From positions 152,010 through 216,009 of the forward strand of contig JAFPWO010000010.1 in NCBI GenBank assembly GCA_017394885.1: 64,000 bases of DNA. Direction: 5' to 3'. A program made the position numbers and the translations under genes. Source of the DNA: Lachnospiraceae bacterium (GTDB lineage Bacteria > Bacillota > Clostridia > Lachnospirales > Lachnospiraceae). The notes beneath the pieces were generated by a model that was not told where the DNA came from, ran no database searches, and saw nothing but the letters and a program-made list of their open reading frames with translations. Of the stretch, positions 46,555-55,660 are shown in pieces; the first letter of the stretch is position 1, and every line of letters begins with the position of its first letter.

Positions 46555-47045
46555 ACCGCCCCTTCCGCGATCTCTGCCGTGACCAGGCAAAAAACGCTGA
46601 TGCCAAGCCCCCGGCCGAAATCGGTAAGCCCCTCTCCGGTCGTGGCTGTGAGCCCGATATGCGCGGGCTCTGTATCCAGAAGCGCCGCCAGCGACGCTTT
46701 GATTTCTTCCGTCCGCGGCGCGATCTTCGGCCGGGCCGCCTCGATGCTGACCGACAGATGCCGTACGCATCCGCCCATGGCCTTAAGGTCCTTCATGGCC
46801 TCGGCCAGATACAGCCGGCTGTCCGTGCCCCCCGCCCGGCAGACCGCGTCCGCCGCCGCGCCGAGGATGTTCCGCCCGGTCACCCCGGAGAGGGCATTGG
46901 TCACCGCATGGAGGATCACGTCGCCGTCGCTGTTGGCCAGAAGGCCGCAGGGCTCCTCCGGGAATAATACGCCGCCCAGAATAAGCGGCTTCCCCGGCGT
47001 CTCCTCAAAACGGTGGCTGTCCTGCCCGATCGCGGCACAGATCAT
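46551..47045 (-). CDS. ispF: 2-C-methyl-D-erythritol 2,4-cyclodiphosphate synthase
   Basis: IGQDSHRF...SDGDVILHAVTNAL are the IspF zinc and substrate motifs. 164 aa. Confidence 0.93.
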   Translation of the reverse strand: MICAAIGQDSHRFEETPGKPLILGGVLFPEEPCGLLANSDGDVILHAVTNALSGVTGRNILGAAADAVCRAGGTDSRLYLAEAMKDLKAMGGCVRHLSVSIEAARPKIAPRTEEIKASLAALLDTEPAHIGLTATTGEGLTDFGRGLGISVFCLVTAEIAEGAV

Positions 47046-47063
47046 AAGTATCTCCCGGCCCCT

Positions 47064-47879
47064 TTACAGGGCATTCTTTCTGTATTCTTCCTTCCAGCGG
47101 TATAAAAGCTCAAGGTAGGCCTCGCCCCGCTCATCGGAGGGCTTATCCTGCAGGGCGGCCGCTTCCAGTGCCTTGCCTTCATAGATGGCCAGCTGGCGGC
47201 GCTTCTCCAGGTTGCTCTTAAACTGCTCCAGCCGCTCGGGCGTGAGCGCGTCCAGGATTTCTTCCGGAAGCGCTTCCTTCCCCATCAGCTGATCCAGCAG
47301 GTAGATCTTCTCCGGCAGCATCGGGTCCCGGTTTAAGCGGTAGGCATTCACGAGGCACTGCTCCGCCTCTTCATAATGCGCGAGCTCCGCATAGCAGGCG
47401 CCGGCACTCGTCCAGATCCGGCCGGCCAGCGCGCGGTCAGCGGGCTCCGGCCCCTCCGCGCCTAAAATCTGATTGTAGATCCGCAGCGCACTGTAATACT
47501 GCCCGCCTTTATACAGATAGTCGCCCTTGGTCTTTAAGCGCTGCCCCGGAGAAGACCGCGCGATCTTCTCCAGCTGGGAGCGGAAGGCAAAGAGCTCCGA
47601 ACTGTTGTAATAATGCAGCTCCTGCTGCAGGACGTATAAGATCTCATACAGGCCGCTGCCCTGTTCCTTCATGCGGCGCACGCGCTCCGAAAGCTTCGTC
47701 TGGCCGAGCTGGTCCAGGAAATCAAAGAGCCGCTCGTCGGGGAAACTCTCCTCGATCAGCAGGACGTGATGATTGATAAAATAGCTCAGTTCCTCTCCGG
47801 TATGCAGATGGATGCCCAGCTCCGGGACATAATACGGATGCATCACCGGTTTTGACTGACTGACGATCAGATTGCCCAT
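47064..47879 (-). CDS. TPR-like helical-repeat protein, function unknown (third gene of the giant/Hsp70-like module)
   Basis: GDYLYKGGQYYSALRIYNQIL and AGACYAELAHYEEAEQCLVNAYRL are TPR-like. ATG 47879 lies ~8 nt after GGAGGTG. The track start (GTG 47888) sits inside that SD. Confidence 0.7.
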   Translation of the reverse strand: MGNLIVSQSKPVMHPYYVPELGIHLHTGEELSYFINHHVLLIEESFPDERLFDFLDQLGQTKLSERVRRMKEQGSGLYEILYVLQQELHYYNSSELFAFRSQLEKIARSSPGQRLKTKGDYLYKGGQYYSALRIYNQILGAEGPEPADRALAGRIWTSAGACYAELAHYEEAEQCLVNAYRLNRDPMLPEKIYLLDQLMGKEALPEEILDALTPERLEQFKSNLEKRRQLAIYEGKALEAAALQDKPSDERGEAYLELLYRWKEEYRKNAL

Positions 47880-47895
47880 CCCGTGCACCTCCGCA

Positions 47896-49161
47896 TTACG
47901 ATATCAGGAAATCCCGGCGGATCACCATCCCGCTCGCGGGGAAGAGTTCGCCGAAGCCTTTGTCCACCACCCGTACCGTGACGTGGTTCTCCGAGGAGAA
48001 GGACACGATCACTTCGATCCGGGTCGTCTTGTTGGGTCTGGCCGGCAGCTCCGCGAGGGAAATGCTGATGGTCTCCACCCGCTGCGTGGCGAAGGGCGTG
48101 ATCATCAGCTCCAGCGTATGCACGTCGTCCAGAATGAATTCCGCCGAGGACTTGGCCTCGTACCAGTTGCTGCCCGCGGCCGCCATTACGAACTGCTCGT
48201 TCTTGCCGTCGTGCACCGCGTACAGGCTGATCGTGGAGGCGAGGCGCCCCTCGCAGATACAGATATACGGATAGGCCGAAGCCGGCAGGGTGTTGTCGTA
48301 CGCCACCAGCGCCGCGCCGTCCGCGAACAGATTCTGCCCCGAGAAGACCCGGCGCTTATTGCAGAGCTTTTTGATGAATTCCGGCGCCCAGGCCACGTCC
48401 GAAAAGCCCTCGCCGGTCAGATACACCGAGGAGATCAGCTTTTTCGCGAGCAGCCGGTCCGCGCAGGAGCTTAAGATCGAGTCCGCCATGCGCTCGCCCA
48501 TGGGCTTCTCCAGAAGGTCCAGATCGAAGGCTTCATCCAGCGGCTCGCGCCTTGCCTCGAGGACCTGCGGCTTGCGGCCCCGGATCGCCCGGAACTCGAA
48601 GAAGTCCAGGCCGTTGTCGGTGAGGTCGAAACCCACCACCATATTGGTCCAGCGCTCCTTGGGCTGGCTCGCCACATAGTAGGAAAAGCATTCGGTATGG
48701 CTTAGGAAGCGCACCGTCCCGCGCGGCAGATCGCACAGATCGCAGGCTTCAGTCAGCCGGTCCAGAAGCTCCGGCGTGAGCTCCTTTAAGCCGATCGCCA
48801 GAGAGGCTACTTCCTCCGCGGCATAGCGCACGCGGGGGAGCGTCAGCAGCTGGTCGATATAATGCGCCAGCAGCTGCACGGCGCTGTACTGCACGCCTTC
48901 GATGGTCGCGCTGCCGTTTTTGCGCAGGAGCTTGACCAGCTTATCCACCATGGTGCCCTCGCCCATTAAGGCGCGTCGGTAGGCCTCGGAGCCGATCAGC
49001 CAGCGGTCCTGCCCGCGCAGCTTGCAGAGCACGGTCGGGATCATGCCGGTGGTCTCATTGTCCCCGATCATGACGGCCTGCGGCCCCTTCGCCTCAGGAG
49101 AATAGACGCTGACCTGGCTGTAGGAATCGCACAGATCTATTCCCAGTATTAATTTATCCAA
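47896..49161 (-). CDS. Hsp70/actin-fold protein with degenerate nucleotide-binding motifs plus a beta-rich C-terminal domain; function unknown
   Basis: TTG start at 49161 lies 6 nt after AAAGGAGGAG. By eye it is collinear with the DnaK NBD. LILGIDLCDSYSQVSV matches IIGIDLGTTNSCVAV. MVVGFDLTDNGLDFFEF matches AVYDLGGGTFDISII. VYLTGEGFSDVAWAPEF matches ILVGGQTRMPMVQKKV. NLFADGAALVAY matches NPDEAVAIGAAV. Confidence 0.8.
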   Translation of the reverse strand: MDKLILGIDLCDSYSQVSVYSPEAKGPQAVMIGDNETTGMIPTVLCKLRGQDRWLIGSEAYRRALMGEGTMVDKLVKLLRKNGSATIEGVQYSAVQLLAHYIDQLLTLPRVRYAAEEVASLAIGLKELTPELLDRLTEACDLCDLPRGTVRFLSHTECFSYYVASQPKERWTNMVVGFDLTDNGLDFFEFRAIRGRKPQVLEARREPLDEAFDLDLLEKPMGERMADSILSSCADRLLAKKLISSVYLTGEGFSDVAWAPEFIKKLCNKRRVFSGQNLFADGAALVAYDNTLPASAYPYICICEGRLASTISLYAVHDGKNEQFVMAAAGSNWYEAKSSAEFILDDVHTLELMITPFATQRVETISISLAELPARPNKTTRIEVIVSFSSENHVTVRVVDKGFGELFPASGMVIRRDFLIS

Positions 49162-49219
49162 GCCGGTCTCCTCCTTTCCCGAAGATTTGGCAGCCGCGCT
49201 GCGGGGTTTATCGATTCCG

Positions 49220-52200
49220 TCAGTTGACGGAGAAATATTCTTTGAGCAGGACGTCTTCCCGTCCGAATTCCGTGACCGCTTCCTGCCAGGAGGGATCCGT
49301 CCCGTCCCCGGCCTGCGCGATCAGGCGGTTTAAGCGCGCGAAGCGGTGATTGCCTTCGTGCGTCTCGCCGCGGCCTTCCACGCGGCCTTCTTCCAGCAGA
49401 AGCGGGGCCCCGTCCTGCACCGTTTCGATGCGGTACTCCAGCACCTCGTCGGCAAAAAGCAGCACGGTCTTGACGCAGATGCCGCGGTAAACGTCCGGTA
49501 TCTCGCTCCAGGTATAGTCTTCCTCCGCCTCCTGCGGCAGGATCTGAAGGCCGATCCGGATCTTCCGGCGGGCCGGGTCGCGGTATTCCAGGAAGACCTT
49601 GTCCGCGATCTCGGCCGGCACCCGGATAAAGCGCGCCAGCTTCTTCTCGAAGGAAAACAGCAGGCCCTGATCGTAGAGCTGCTGCAGGAGGGAAGAGGCC
49701 AGCTGCTTTTCTTCCTCCGTGAGGCTCTCCTTCTCGGCGTAATGCTTCGTTAAGGCCAGGCGGCCGATCAGCGGCAGCGCTTCCGTCTTCTTATCCGCTT
49801 CCGCCCAGTTTTTCAGATAGGTGAAGAGGTTCTCCGGCACCGCTTCCCCCGCGGTAAAATACTGCTCGCTCATCACCATGGCGTAGGCGTGCAGGAGGGT
49901 GCGGTCCGGGGCCTTTGACTCCTTAAGGTACAGCCGGACCACCTCATCCAGCCGCTTCGTCCAGCCGGTAAAGAGCATCTGTCCGAGCAGGCGCTCCGGC
50001 AGGTCCAGATAGAGCGTGCCGCTCTCCAGGGTGCGGTCCAGAAGGGTCAGCATCTCCGCCGTCCCGTTATTGTAATACTTGCAGAGGTAGGTCAGCGTGA
50101 TCTCATTCCAGGAGCCCTGGCGGTAGAGCGAAAGCGTAACGCCAAAGAGATCCCGCTCGTAGGCATAGCTGCGCTTGCGGATCTGGCGGCCTAAAAGCCG
50201 CAGCAGAAGCTCCGGCGAAAAGTTCCGGTACCCGAAGCGGAAGACCATCTCCACGGCGGCCTCGTCCTCCTCGCGGAGCATGAAGTTCTCCGCCAGCAGG
50301 CGCCCGGCCTTGGCGTCCAGGAACGGGCTGTCCTTTAAGGCCTTAAGGAGCGCCGCGCTTTCCACGCCGCTTAAGTCCCTGCGCTTTACCAGGCTTAAGA
50401 TCAGTTTCTCGCGGTAGATATCCGACAGCTCTTCCCACAGCGGATAGCGGCGGATCAGCTCCCGGGCCTCAGCCTCGCTTAAGGTCCCGTTCATGCCGCC
50501 CCGGCACAGTTCCAGCCGGAAAGGCAGGCTCTCCGGGCAGAGCTTCCTGCACGGATCGTGCAGGGACTGGGCCGTCTTCATAAAGCGCTTCCGGCGGAAA
50601 ACGGTCTGCGCATAGCGGTTGCCCTCGCGGTCGATAAAGACCAGCCGGCAGTTCCGCGTATAGACCGGGACATAAGCCTTCCCGCGGCGGACAGGATAGA
50701 GATAATCATCCTTCAGTTCCCCGTAGAGCAGCATCACCCGCTCGATGCGGCTGTTGGAAAACTCCAGCTCCACGGTATAGATCAGCTCGGAGAGGATCGC
50801 GGCAGTCTTTTCATCCAGCACGTCCGGGATGAACATCCGCTCGTAGAATTCGGCCATGCCGTCTTCCACCGAGCCCTGCAGGAGCTGCTCGAGGGCAAAG
50901 CTGCGCAGCTGCCGCTCATACAGTCTGTACAGCGGATCCTCCGGCTGATAGTGGCGCAGCAGATAGTGATACAGGTTCAGCCGCGCCTGCGCCAGCTGCG
51001 GGCTGTTGTAGGTATAGTAAAGCTCCACCATGCGCGGGATCTCGCCGCCATAATCTGCGGGCAGGGTCGCCAGATAGTATTCATACAGTTCGGTGAGGCG
51101 AACGTCCTCTTCGATGCCCTTCTCATACAGGCTGTGGCAGCGGGGCAGGGCCTCGCCGAAACGCATGACTACGCCCAGCAGGGCCGTCAGCGTCTCTTCC
51201 GAGGGCTGCGCCTGATACAGATACCGCAGCAGCCGCTCGTTTCCCTCGTGATAGAATTTCTGCCGCGGGACGAGCTCAGTGACTTTGCGGAGCAGCTCCT
51301 CATGGAAGCACCCGTAGCGGACGCCCGGGATCAGGATGCTGCGCTCGAAGGAGCTGACCTCGGTCAAAAGCTCCGGATACCGGTCCAGCAGATCGATCGC
51401 CTCGATCCGCAGAAGGAGCGGGAGCGGTCCCCGGGCAAAGTGCTCGCGGATCTTGTTCAGGGATTTTTCGGGCTGCTCGGCCCACTCGCTGTCTGCGCGG
51501 ATGAGCAGCGGCAGGATCTCCGGCTTATCCCACTCCTTCTCCTTTAAACGGTACAGAAGGCGCAGGAAGCCGTCGGAGAGGCGGTTGCCCTTTTCTCTCT
51601 CCTCTTCCAGATATAAGAACCACAGATAGGAAGTCACGTCCTCGGTGCGGTTTCGCTGCACGGTGGCCCGGATCTGCTCCAGTACTTCTTTTTCCGCATC
51701 CCGCCGGCCCAGCTGCCGCAGGATCTCCGCCCGCAGGATCTTCCGGGGGATATCCGGGGCCTTCAGGCTGTCGCAGGCGTCCAGATATTTCATGACCTGC
51801 ACCTCGATCCCCCGCGGCTTTTCCTTCGCGGCATAGAGCGTCAGCATGCTCTTGGCCAGCTGCAGATCGTTCCGGCGGTACTGTTTCAGTTTCCGCTGCT
51901 CCGGGTCCGGCTCGCGCTCCGGGACCACAGTCAGGCTGACCGTGACTTCATCGCGGCCGGTATTGACGGTAAGGCTGCCGAAGTTTTTGCCGGCATGCAG
52001 CTTTTCGGGGTCGAAATACAGGGGGATGCGCAGCTCGTCGCCGCTGAAATCCAGCCCCGTCCAGCGCTCCTTCGGGAGCCGGATGAAGCTGTTCTCCGCA
52101 CGAACCGTAAAGACCGTATAGCCGCTCCCCTCGCGGCGGATCACCAGTTCGCCGCCGTCGGAAGGCGCGCGCAGCGCGTAATGCTGCGGCTCCGCGTCCA

Positions 52201-52804
52201 CCTTGAGGACAACGGCTTCCTTCGCGCCGGCCGCCACCAAAAACTCCTCCAGCCCCAGCCGGGGATCCGGAGAATTCTTTAAGGCGGGATATAAGGCGCG
52301 CAGGGAATCGTCTTTGAAGAAGGGAAGCTGCAGGAACTGCTCGGACTGGAACAGCCGGAAGACTTTTTCCGGGGCCGCCGCGGCCAGCTCGCCCAGCTCT
52401 TTTACGGTCGTGGGGGCGTCGTCCTGCAGGAGGATCGGCCGGCACACGGAAAAATGATACGGAAGATAAACTTCGCCCGCATTGGTCACCAGCGCGAACT
52501 GCCCCACCAGCTCCACACTGTCCTGGATCTGGTCCGCCCGTACGCGGTATTCCACGGTGGCATTCGCCCCGGCGAAGGAGTTCTGCGCGATCTCGATGCG
52601 TTCGTCATCGGGATAGGCCAGGCCGCGGAACGGCACGCCGTTGTCACTGATGAGCGTGATCTCCCCGCGGAAAATCTGCCCGCAGAGAACCGTCTCGTCC
52701 ACAGGCGAGGTCACGATCCGAATGCGCGGCAGTTTGGCGTCCATCACGCCTTTGGCAAGCTGTGTGATCTTCTTCCGCAAGGCAGCTCCTTCACTTTCGG
52801 GCAT
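49220..52804 (-). CDS. 1194-aa uncharacterised protein: beta-rich N-terminal third, long alpha-helical repeat body, beta-rich C-terminus
   Basis: Uninterrupted 3.6-kb ORF with normal codon periodicity. No catalytic motif recognised and no signal peptide. ATG 52804 lies 13 nt after the rarA stop and has no clear SD, so it is possibly translationally coupled. Confidence 0.8.
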   Translation of the reverse strand: MPESEGAALRKKITQLAKGVMDAKLPRIRIVTSPVDETVLCGQIFRGEITLISDNGVPFRGLAYPDDERIEIAQNSFAGANATVEYRVRADQIQDSVELVGQFALVTNAGEVYLPYHFSVCRPILLQDDAPTTVKELGELAAAAPEKVFRLFQSEQFLQLPFFKDDSLRALYPALKNSPDPRLGLEEFLVAAGAKEAVVLKVDAEPQHYALRAPSDGGELVIRREGSGYTVFTVRAENSFIRLPKERWTGLDFSGDELRIPLYFDPEKLHAGKNFGSLTVNTGRDEVTVSLTVVPEREPDPEQRKLKQYRRNDLQLAKSMLTLYAAKEKPRGIEVQVMKYLDACDSLKAPDIPRKILRAEILRQLGRRDAEKEVLEQIRATVQRNRTEDVTSYLWFLYLEEEREKGNRLSDGFLRLLYRLKEKEWDKPEILPLLIRADSEWAEQPEKSLNKIREHFARGPLPLLLRIEAIDLLDRYPELLTEVSSFERSILIPGVRYGCFHEELLRKVTELVPRQKFYHEGNERLLRYLYQAQPSEETLTALLGVVMRFGEALPRCHSLYEKGIEEDVRLTELYEYYLATLPADYGGEIPRMVELYYTYNSPQLAQARLNLYHYLLRHYQPEDPLYRLYERQLRSFALEQLLQGSVEDGMAEFYERMFIPDVLDEKTAAILSELIYTVELEFSNSRIERVMLLYGELKDDYLYPVRRGKAYVPVYTRNCRLVFIDREGNRYAQTVFRRKRFMKTAQSLHDPCRKLCPESLPFRLELCRGGMNGTLSEAEARELIRRYPLWEELSDIYREKLILSLVKRRDLSGVESAALLKALKDSPFLDAKAGRLLAENFMLREEDEAAVEMVFRFGYRNFSPELLLRLLGRQIRKRSYAYERDLFGVTLSLYRQGSWNEITLTYLCKYYNNGTAEMLTLLDRTLESGTLYLDLPERLLGQMLFTGWTKRLDEVVRLYLKESKAPDRTLLHAYAMVMSEQYFTAGEAVPENLFTYLKNWAEADKKTEALPLIGRLALTKHYAEKESLTEEEKQLASSLLQQLYDQGLLFSFEKKLARFIRVPAEIADKVFLEYRDPARRKIRIGLQILPQEAEEDYTWSEIPDVYRGICVKTVLLFADEVLEYRIETVQDGAPLLLEEGRVEGRGETHEGNHRFARLNRLIAQAGDGTDPSWQEAVTEFGREDVLLKEYFSVN

Positions 52805-52817
52805 ATTCTGTTATATT

Positions 52818-54140
52818 TTACATCAAACGGCTCAAAAACTCCATATATTTTTTTATTTCTTTTTCGTAGCCGTTATCCCCCGGTTCGAAGAACTTCGTCC
52901 CCACCAGCTCGTCGGGCAGATACTGCTGCTTCACGAAATGCCCCGGGTAATCGTGGGCGTATTTATAGCCGGTTCGTTCCTCGGTATCCCCGGCGGTTTC
53001 CACATAGATGTTCTTAAGATGCGGCGGGACCGTCTTCATCTCGGTCTTTTTCACCGCCGCCAGGGCCTTGTCGATAGCCAGATACGCCGCGTTGCTCTTC
53101 GGCGCCGTGGCCACATAGACCGCCGCCATGGCCAGCGGGATCCGCCCCTCCGGCATGCCGACCCGTTCCACGGTTTCCGAAGCCGCGATCGCGACCTGCA
53201 GGGCCCGCGGATCCGCCATGCCCACGTCCTCCGCCGCGCAGATCATAATGCGCCGCGCGATGAACTTGGGATCTTCTCCGGCATAGAGCATCCGTGCCAG
53301 ATAATAGACCGCCGCGTCCGGATCCGACCCCCGCATGCTCTTGATGAAGGCGGAGATCACGTCGTAGTGGTTGTCCCCGGTCTTGTCGTACCGGACGTTG
53401 CGGCGCTGGATGCACTCCTCCGCGACCGCCGTCGTGATGCGGATCTTCCCGTCCGGGCCCGGCTCCGTGGTGAGCACGGCCAGCTCCACCGCGTTGATGG
53501 CGCGGCGCGCGTCGCCCCCGGCGATATCCGCCAGAAACGTCACCGCCTCTTCCTCGATCTCGGCACTGTACATGCCCATGCCCTTCTCGCCGTCATACAC
53601 GGCCCGGCGGATCAGGACCTCGATATCCGCGGCCGAAAGGGGCTTTAACTCAAAGATATTCGAGCGGGACAGCAGGGCTTTGTTGACCTCGAAATAGGGG
53701 TTTTCCGTGGTCGCGCCGATCAGGATCACCGTCCCGTCCTCCACAAAGGGAAGCAGATAGTCCTGCTGCGCCTTGTTGAAGCGGTGGATCTCATCGATAA
53801 AGAGGATGGTCTTCTTCCCGTAGGCCGCGCGGTTGTTTTTCGCTTCCGCCACGACTTCTTCCATGTCTTTTTTGCCGGAGGTGGTGGCGTTGAGCTGCTT
53901 GAACTCCGCCTTCGTGGTCGCGGCGATCACCTTGGCCAGGGTCGTTTTCCCCGTGCCGGGCGGGCCGAAAAAGATGAGGGAGGAGAGCTTGTCCGCGCGG
54001 ATCGCCCGGGTAAGGAGCTTGCCCTCGCCGAGGATATGCTGCTGCCCAACGACCTCTTCCAGCGTGGTCGGACGGAGCCTCGCCGCCAGCGGCCCCTCCT
54101 TCTCCAGAGACTTCTCATTCATATATTCAAACAGATCCAT
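52818..54140 (-). CDS. rarA: Replication-associated recombination protein A (RarA/MgsA AAA+ ATPase)
   Basis: MDLFEYMNEKSLEKEGPLAARLRPTTLEEVVGQQHILGEGKLL, Walker A GPPGTGKTT, Walker B ILFIDEIHRFNK. ATG 54140 sits behind AGGAAAGG. The upstream 61 codons of the track ORF run through an intergenic repeat and are rejected. Confidence 0.9.
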   Translation of the reverse strand: MDLFEYMNEKSLEKEGPLAARLRPTTLEEVVGQQHILGEGKLLTRAIRADKLSSLIFFGPPGTGKTTLAKVIAATTKAEFKQLNATTSGKKDMEEVVAEAKNNRAAYGKKTILFIDEIHRFNKAQQDYLLPFVEDGTVILIGATTENPYFEVNKALLSRSNIFELKPLSAADIEVLIRRAVYDGEKGMGMYSAEIEEEAVTFLADIAGGDARRAINAVELAVLTTEPGPDGKIRITTAVAEECIQRRNVRYDKTGDNHYDVISAFIKSMRGSDPDAAVYYLARMLYAGEDPKFIARRIMICAAEDVGMADPRALQVAIAASETVERVGMPEGRIPLAMAAVYVATAPKSNAAYLAIDKALAAVKKTEMKTVPPHLKNIYVETAGDTEERTGYKYAHDYPGHFVKQQYLPDELVGTKFFEPGDNGYEKEIKKYMEFLSRLM

Positions 54141-54152
54141 AACGATGCCTTT

Positions 54153-54193
54153 CCTGTCATCCTGAGCGAGCGCAGCGAGCCGAAGGATCCCAT
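54153..54193 (+). repeat. Short dispersed intergenic repeat, copy 1
   Basis: cctgtcatcctgagcgagcgcagcgagccgaaggatcccat. A 40-nt core is identical to copy 3 and differs from copy 2 at one position. Confidence 0.85.
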
Positions 54194-54330
54194 ACGATAC
54201 CGGTGACCGGAAGGGGCTTCCTCGCCAAATCTTTCTTTCCGCTTCCGGCCGGAACGAAAACTTTCTCGCCTCCGCTTCGAAGTCGGCTCGAAAGTATTGT
54301 TCGGCCGTCCGCTCGTTTATCATGCTTTGT

Positions 54331-54359
54331 ATTATAACAAAAAGACGCGGCAGCTACAA
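54331..54359 (-). promoter_or_regulatory. Putative rarA promoter overlapping the upstream terminator
   Basis: The minus strand reads TTGTAG (54359..54354), a 17-nt spacer, then TATAAT (54336..54331). This implies a ~180-nt leader containing repeat copy 1. Confidence 0.45.
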
Positions 54360-54369
54360 GCCGCCGCGT
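54337..54369 (-). terminator. Rho-independent terminator ending the DUF1294...lipoprotein gene run
   Basis: The minus strand reads ACGCGGCGGC-ttgta-GCTGCCGCGT followed by CTTTTTGTT. Confidence 0.8.
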
Positions 54370-54394
54370 TCATCATCCCGCCCTGATTTTCTCT

Positions 54395-54703
54395 CTATGA
54401 TTCCTCCAGCACGGCCAGCACCGCGTCATAATCAACGCGGTACGGATACCGGATCAGCATGGACAGCCCGCTCATATAATAGGACCGGCTGACGCTCTGA
54501 AGGAGCGCGCCGGAGCGCTGTTCAAAAAAAAGTGCGCCGTCCGGAGTGATCAGGTACATCCTCGCCGCCGAAAGCGGATCCCCCTCCGGTCGGGATTCGG
54601 TCAGCAGCACAAAGTGAATCGTCTCGTCGCCGAAAGATCCTTCCTCCCGGAACGTGAGCAGTCCCGCCCGCGGATCACTTCCCGTCAGGCTTTTCCGAAT
54701 CAT
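54395..54703 (-). CDS. Hypothetical 102-aa protein
   Basis: ATG 54703 overlaps the upstream lipoprotein gene end by 29 nt. No motif recognised. Confidence 0.55.
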   Translation of the reverse strand: MIRKSLTGSDPRAGLLTFREEGSFGDETIHFVLLTESRPEGDPLSAARMYLITPDGALFFEQRSGALLQSVSRSYYMSGLSMLIRYPYRVDYDAVLAVLEES

Positions 54704-55589
54704 AGACCGCGACGAATCTCTCCAGTGCTTCCCCGCTCAGGCAGACCGTTTTCCCATGGCAGGCCGCCGCCACCCCGGTGATGGCCGGATAGCCGTCATG
54801 GAAAGCGATATCCGAAACATCCGTACCGCCGTGAGCATAACGAAAGGCTTCTGCCGCCAGATGAAGGGAGACGATCTCGGGCACCGGTTCTGCCGAGATC
54901 TCCGTGTATGCGGGCTCCGCCAGCGCACCGCTTCCGAAAGCGCGGAGCACATATCCGTTTCCGAGGACGCCGTAGCGCTCAAAGCTTTCATCTTCCTTTT
55001 TCAGTGTTATTTCAAGATCCGGGATCGCGGCAGCATTTTCGTCATCTTTTTCAAGGCTGACATAAGCAAGGCCGTCCGTCTGGGCCAGAATGTAGGAGAA
55101 ATCCTCCGGGACTGCTACATTTCCGCTCCGCAGGCTCATGGCAGGATCGGAAGTATTATGCAGGAAAAGCGTAAGGCTCTGCCCTTTATAACGGTACGCA
55201 TCCTCCCGGTCTTCGTCATACTCCGGGACCGGATAAGCCGGGTAAACATAGAAACCGCCGAATGTCGTCCCGTCTTCCTGCAGGCTCGACATGACGATCG
55301 TCCCGGGTGCAGCGCCTTTCTCACGGAATGCCGCTTCTTCGACCGGCTCGCCTTCCACCGGCTCGGGGAGGGTGTCCGGGAAAATGGTCTGTGCTTCTGT
55401 CAGGGGAGGCGTTTCCGGTGCAGAAGGGGCGGCGGCCTTCGTTTCCGCAGCCGTATCTGCCGGCGCCGCTGTTGTCGTTTCTGCAGGAGAAGGTGTTTCC
55501 GCAGAAGGAGAAGAAGCCCCGCAGGAGCAAAGGCCTGCGGAACACAAAACAAGTATGACAGAGAGGAAAAGCAACAGACTCTTCTTCAT
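54675..55589 (-). CDS. Hypothetical lipoprotein with Ala/Pro/Thr/Glu linker
   Basis: Lipobox MKKSLLLFLSVILVLCSAGLCSCG. Linker AETPSPAETTTAAPADTAAETKAAAPSAPETPP. GGAGAGGAG SD. Confidence 0.75.
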   Translation of the reverse strand: MKKSLLLFLSVILVLCSAGLCSCGASSPSAETPSPAETTTAAPADTAAETKAAAPSAPETPPLTEAQTIFPDTLPEPVEGEPVEEAAFREKGAAPGTIVMSSLQEDGTTFGGFYVYPAYPVPEYDEDREDAYRYKGQSLTLFLHNTSDPAMSLRSGNVAVPEDFSYILAQTDGLAYVSLEKDDENAAAIPDLEITLKKEDESFERYGVLGNGYVLRAFGSGALAEPAYTEISAEPVPEIVSLHLAAEAFRYAHGGTDVSDIAFHDGYPAITGVAAACHGKTVCLSGEALERFVAVYDSEKPDGK

Positions 55590-55660
55590 CGTTCACTCCT
55601 CTCCGAAGGTACAGGGGCTTTTTATCAGTTCAGTCCACCTCTCAAAATGCCAAGAAAGCC

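Noticed and set aside
54141-54323. 61-codon N-terminal extension of the rarA ORF in the track
   Set aside because: The extension translates through the dispersed repeat (..GILRLAALAQDD..). It has no similarity to RarA N-termini, and the homologous Met at 54140 has a good SD.
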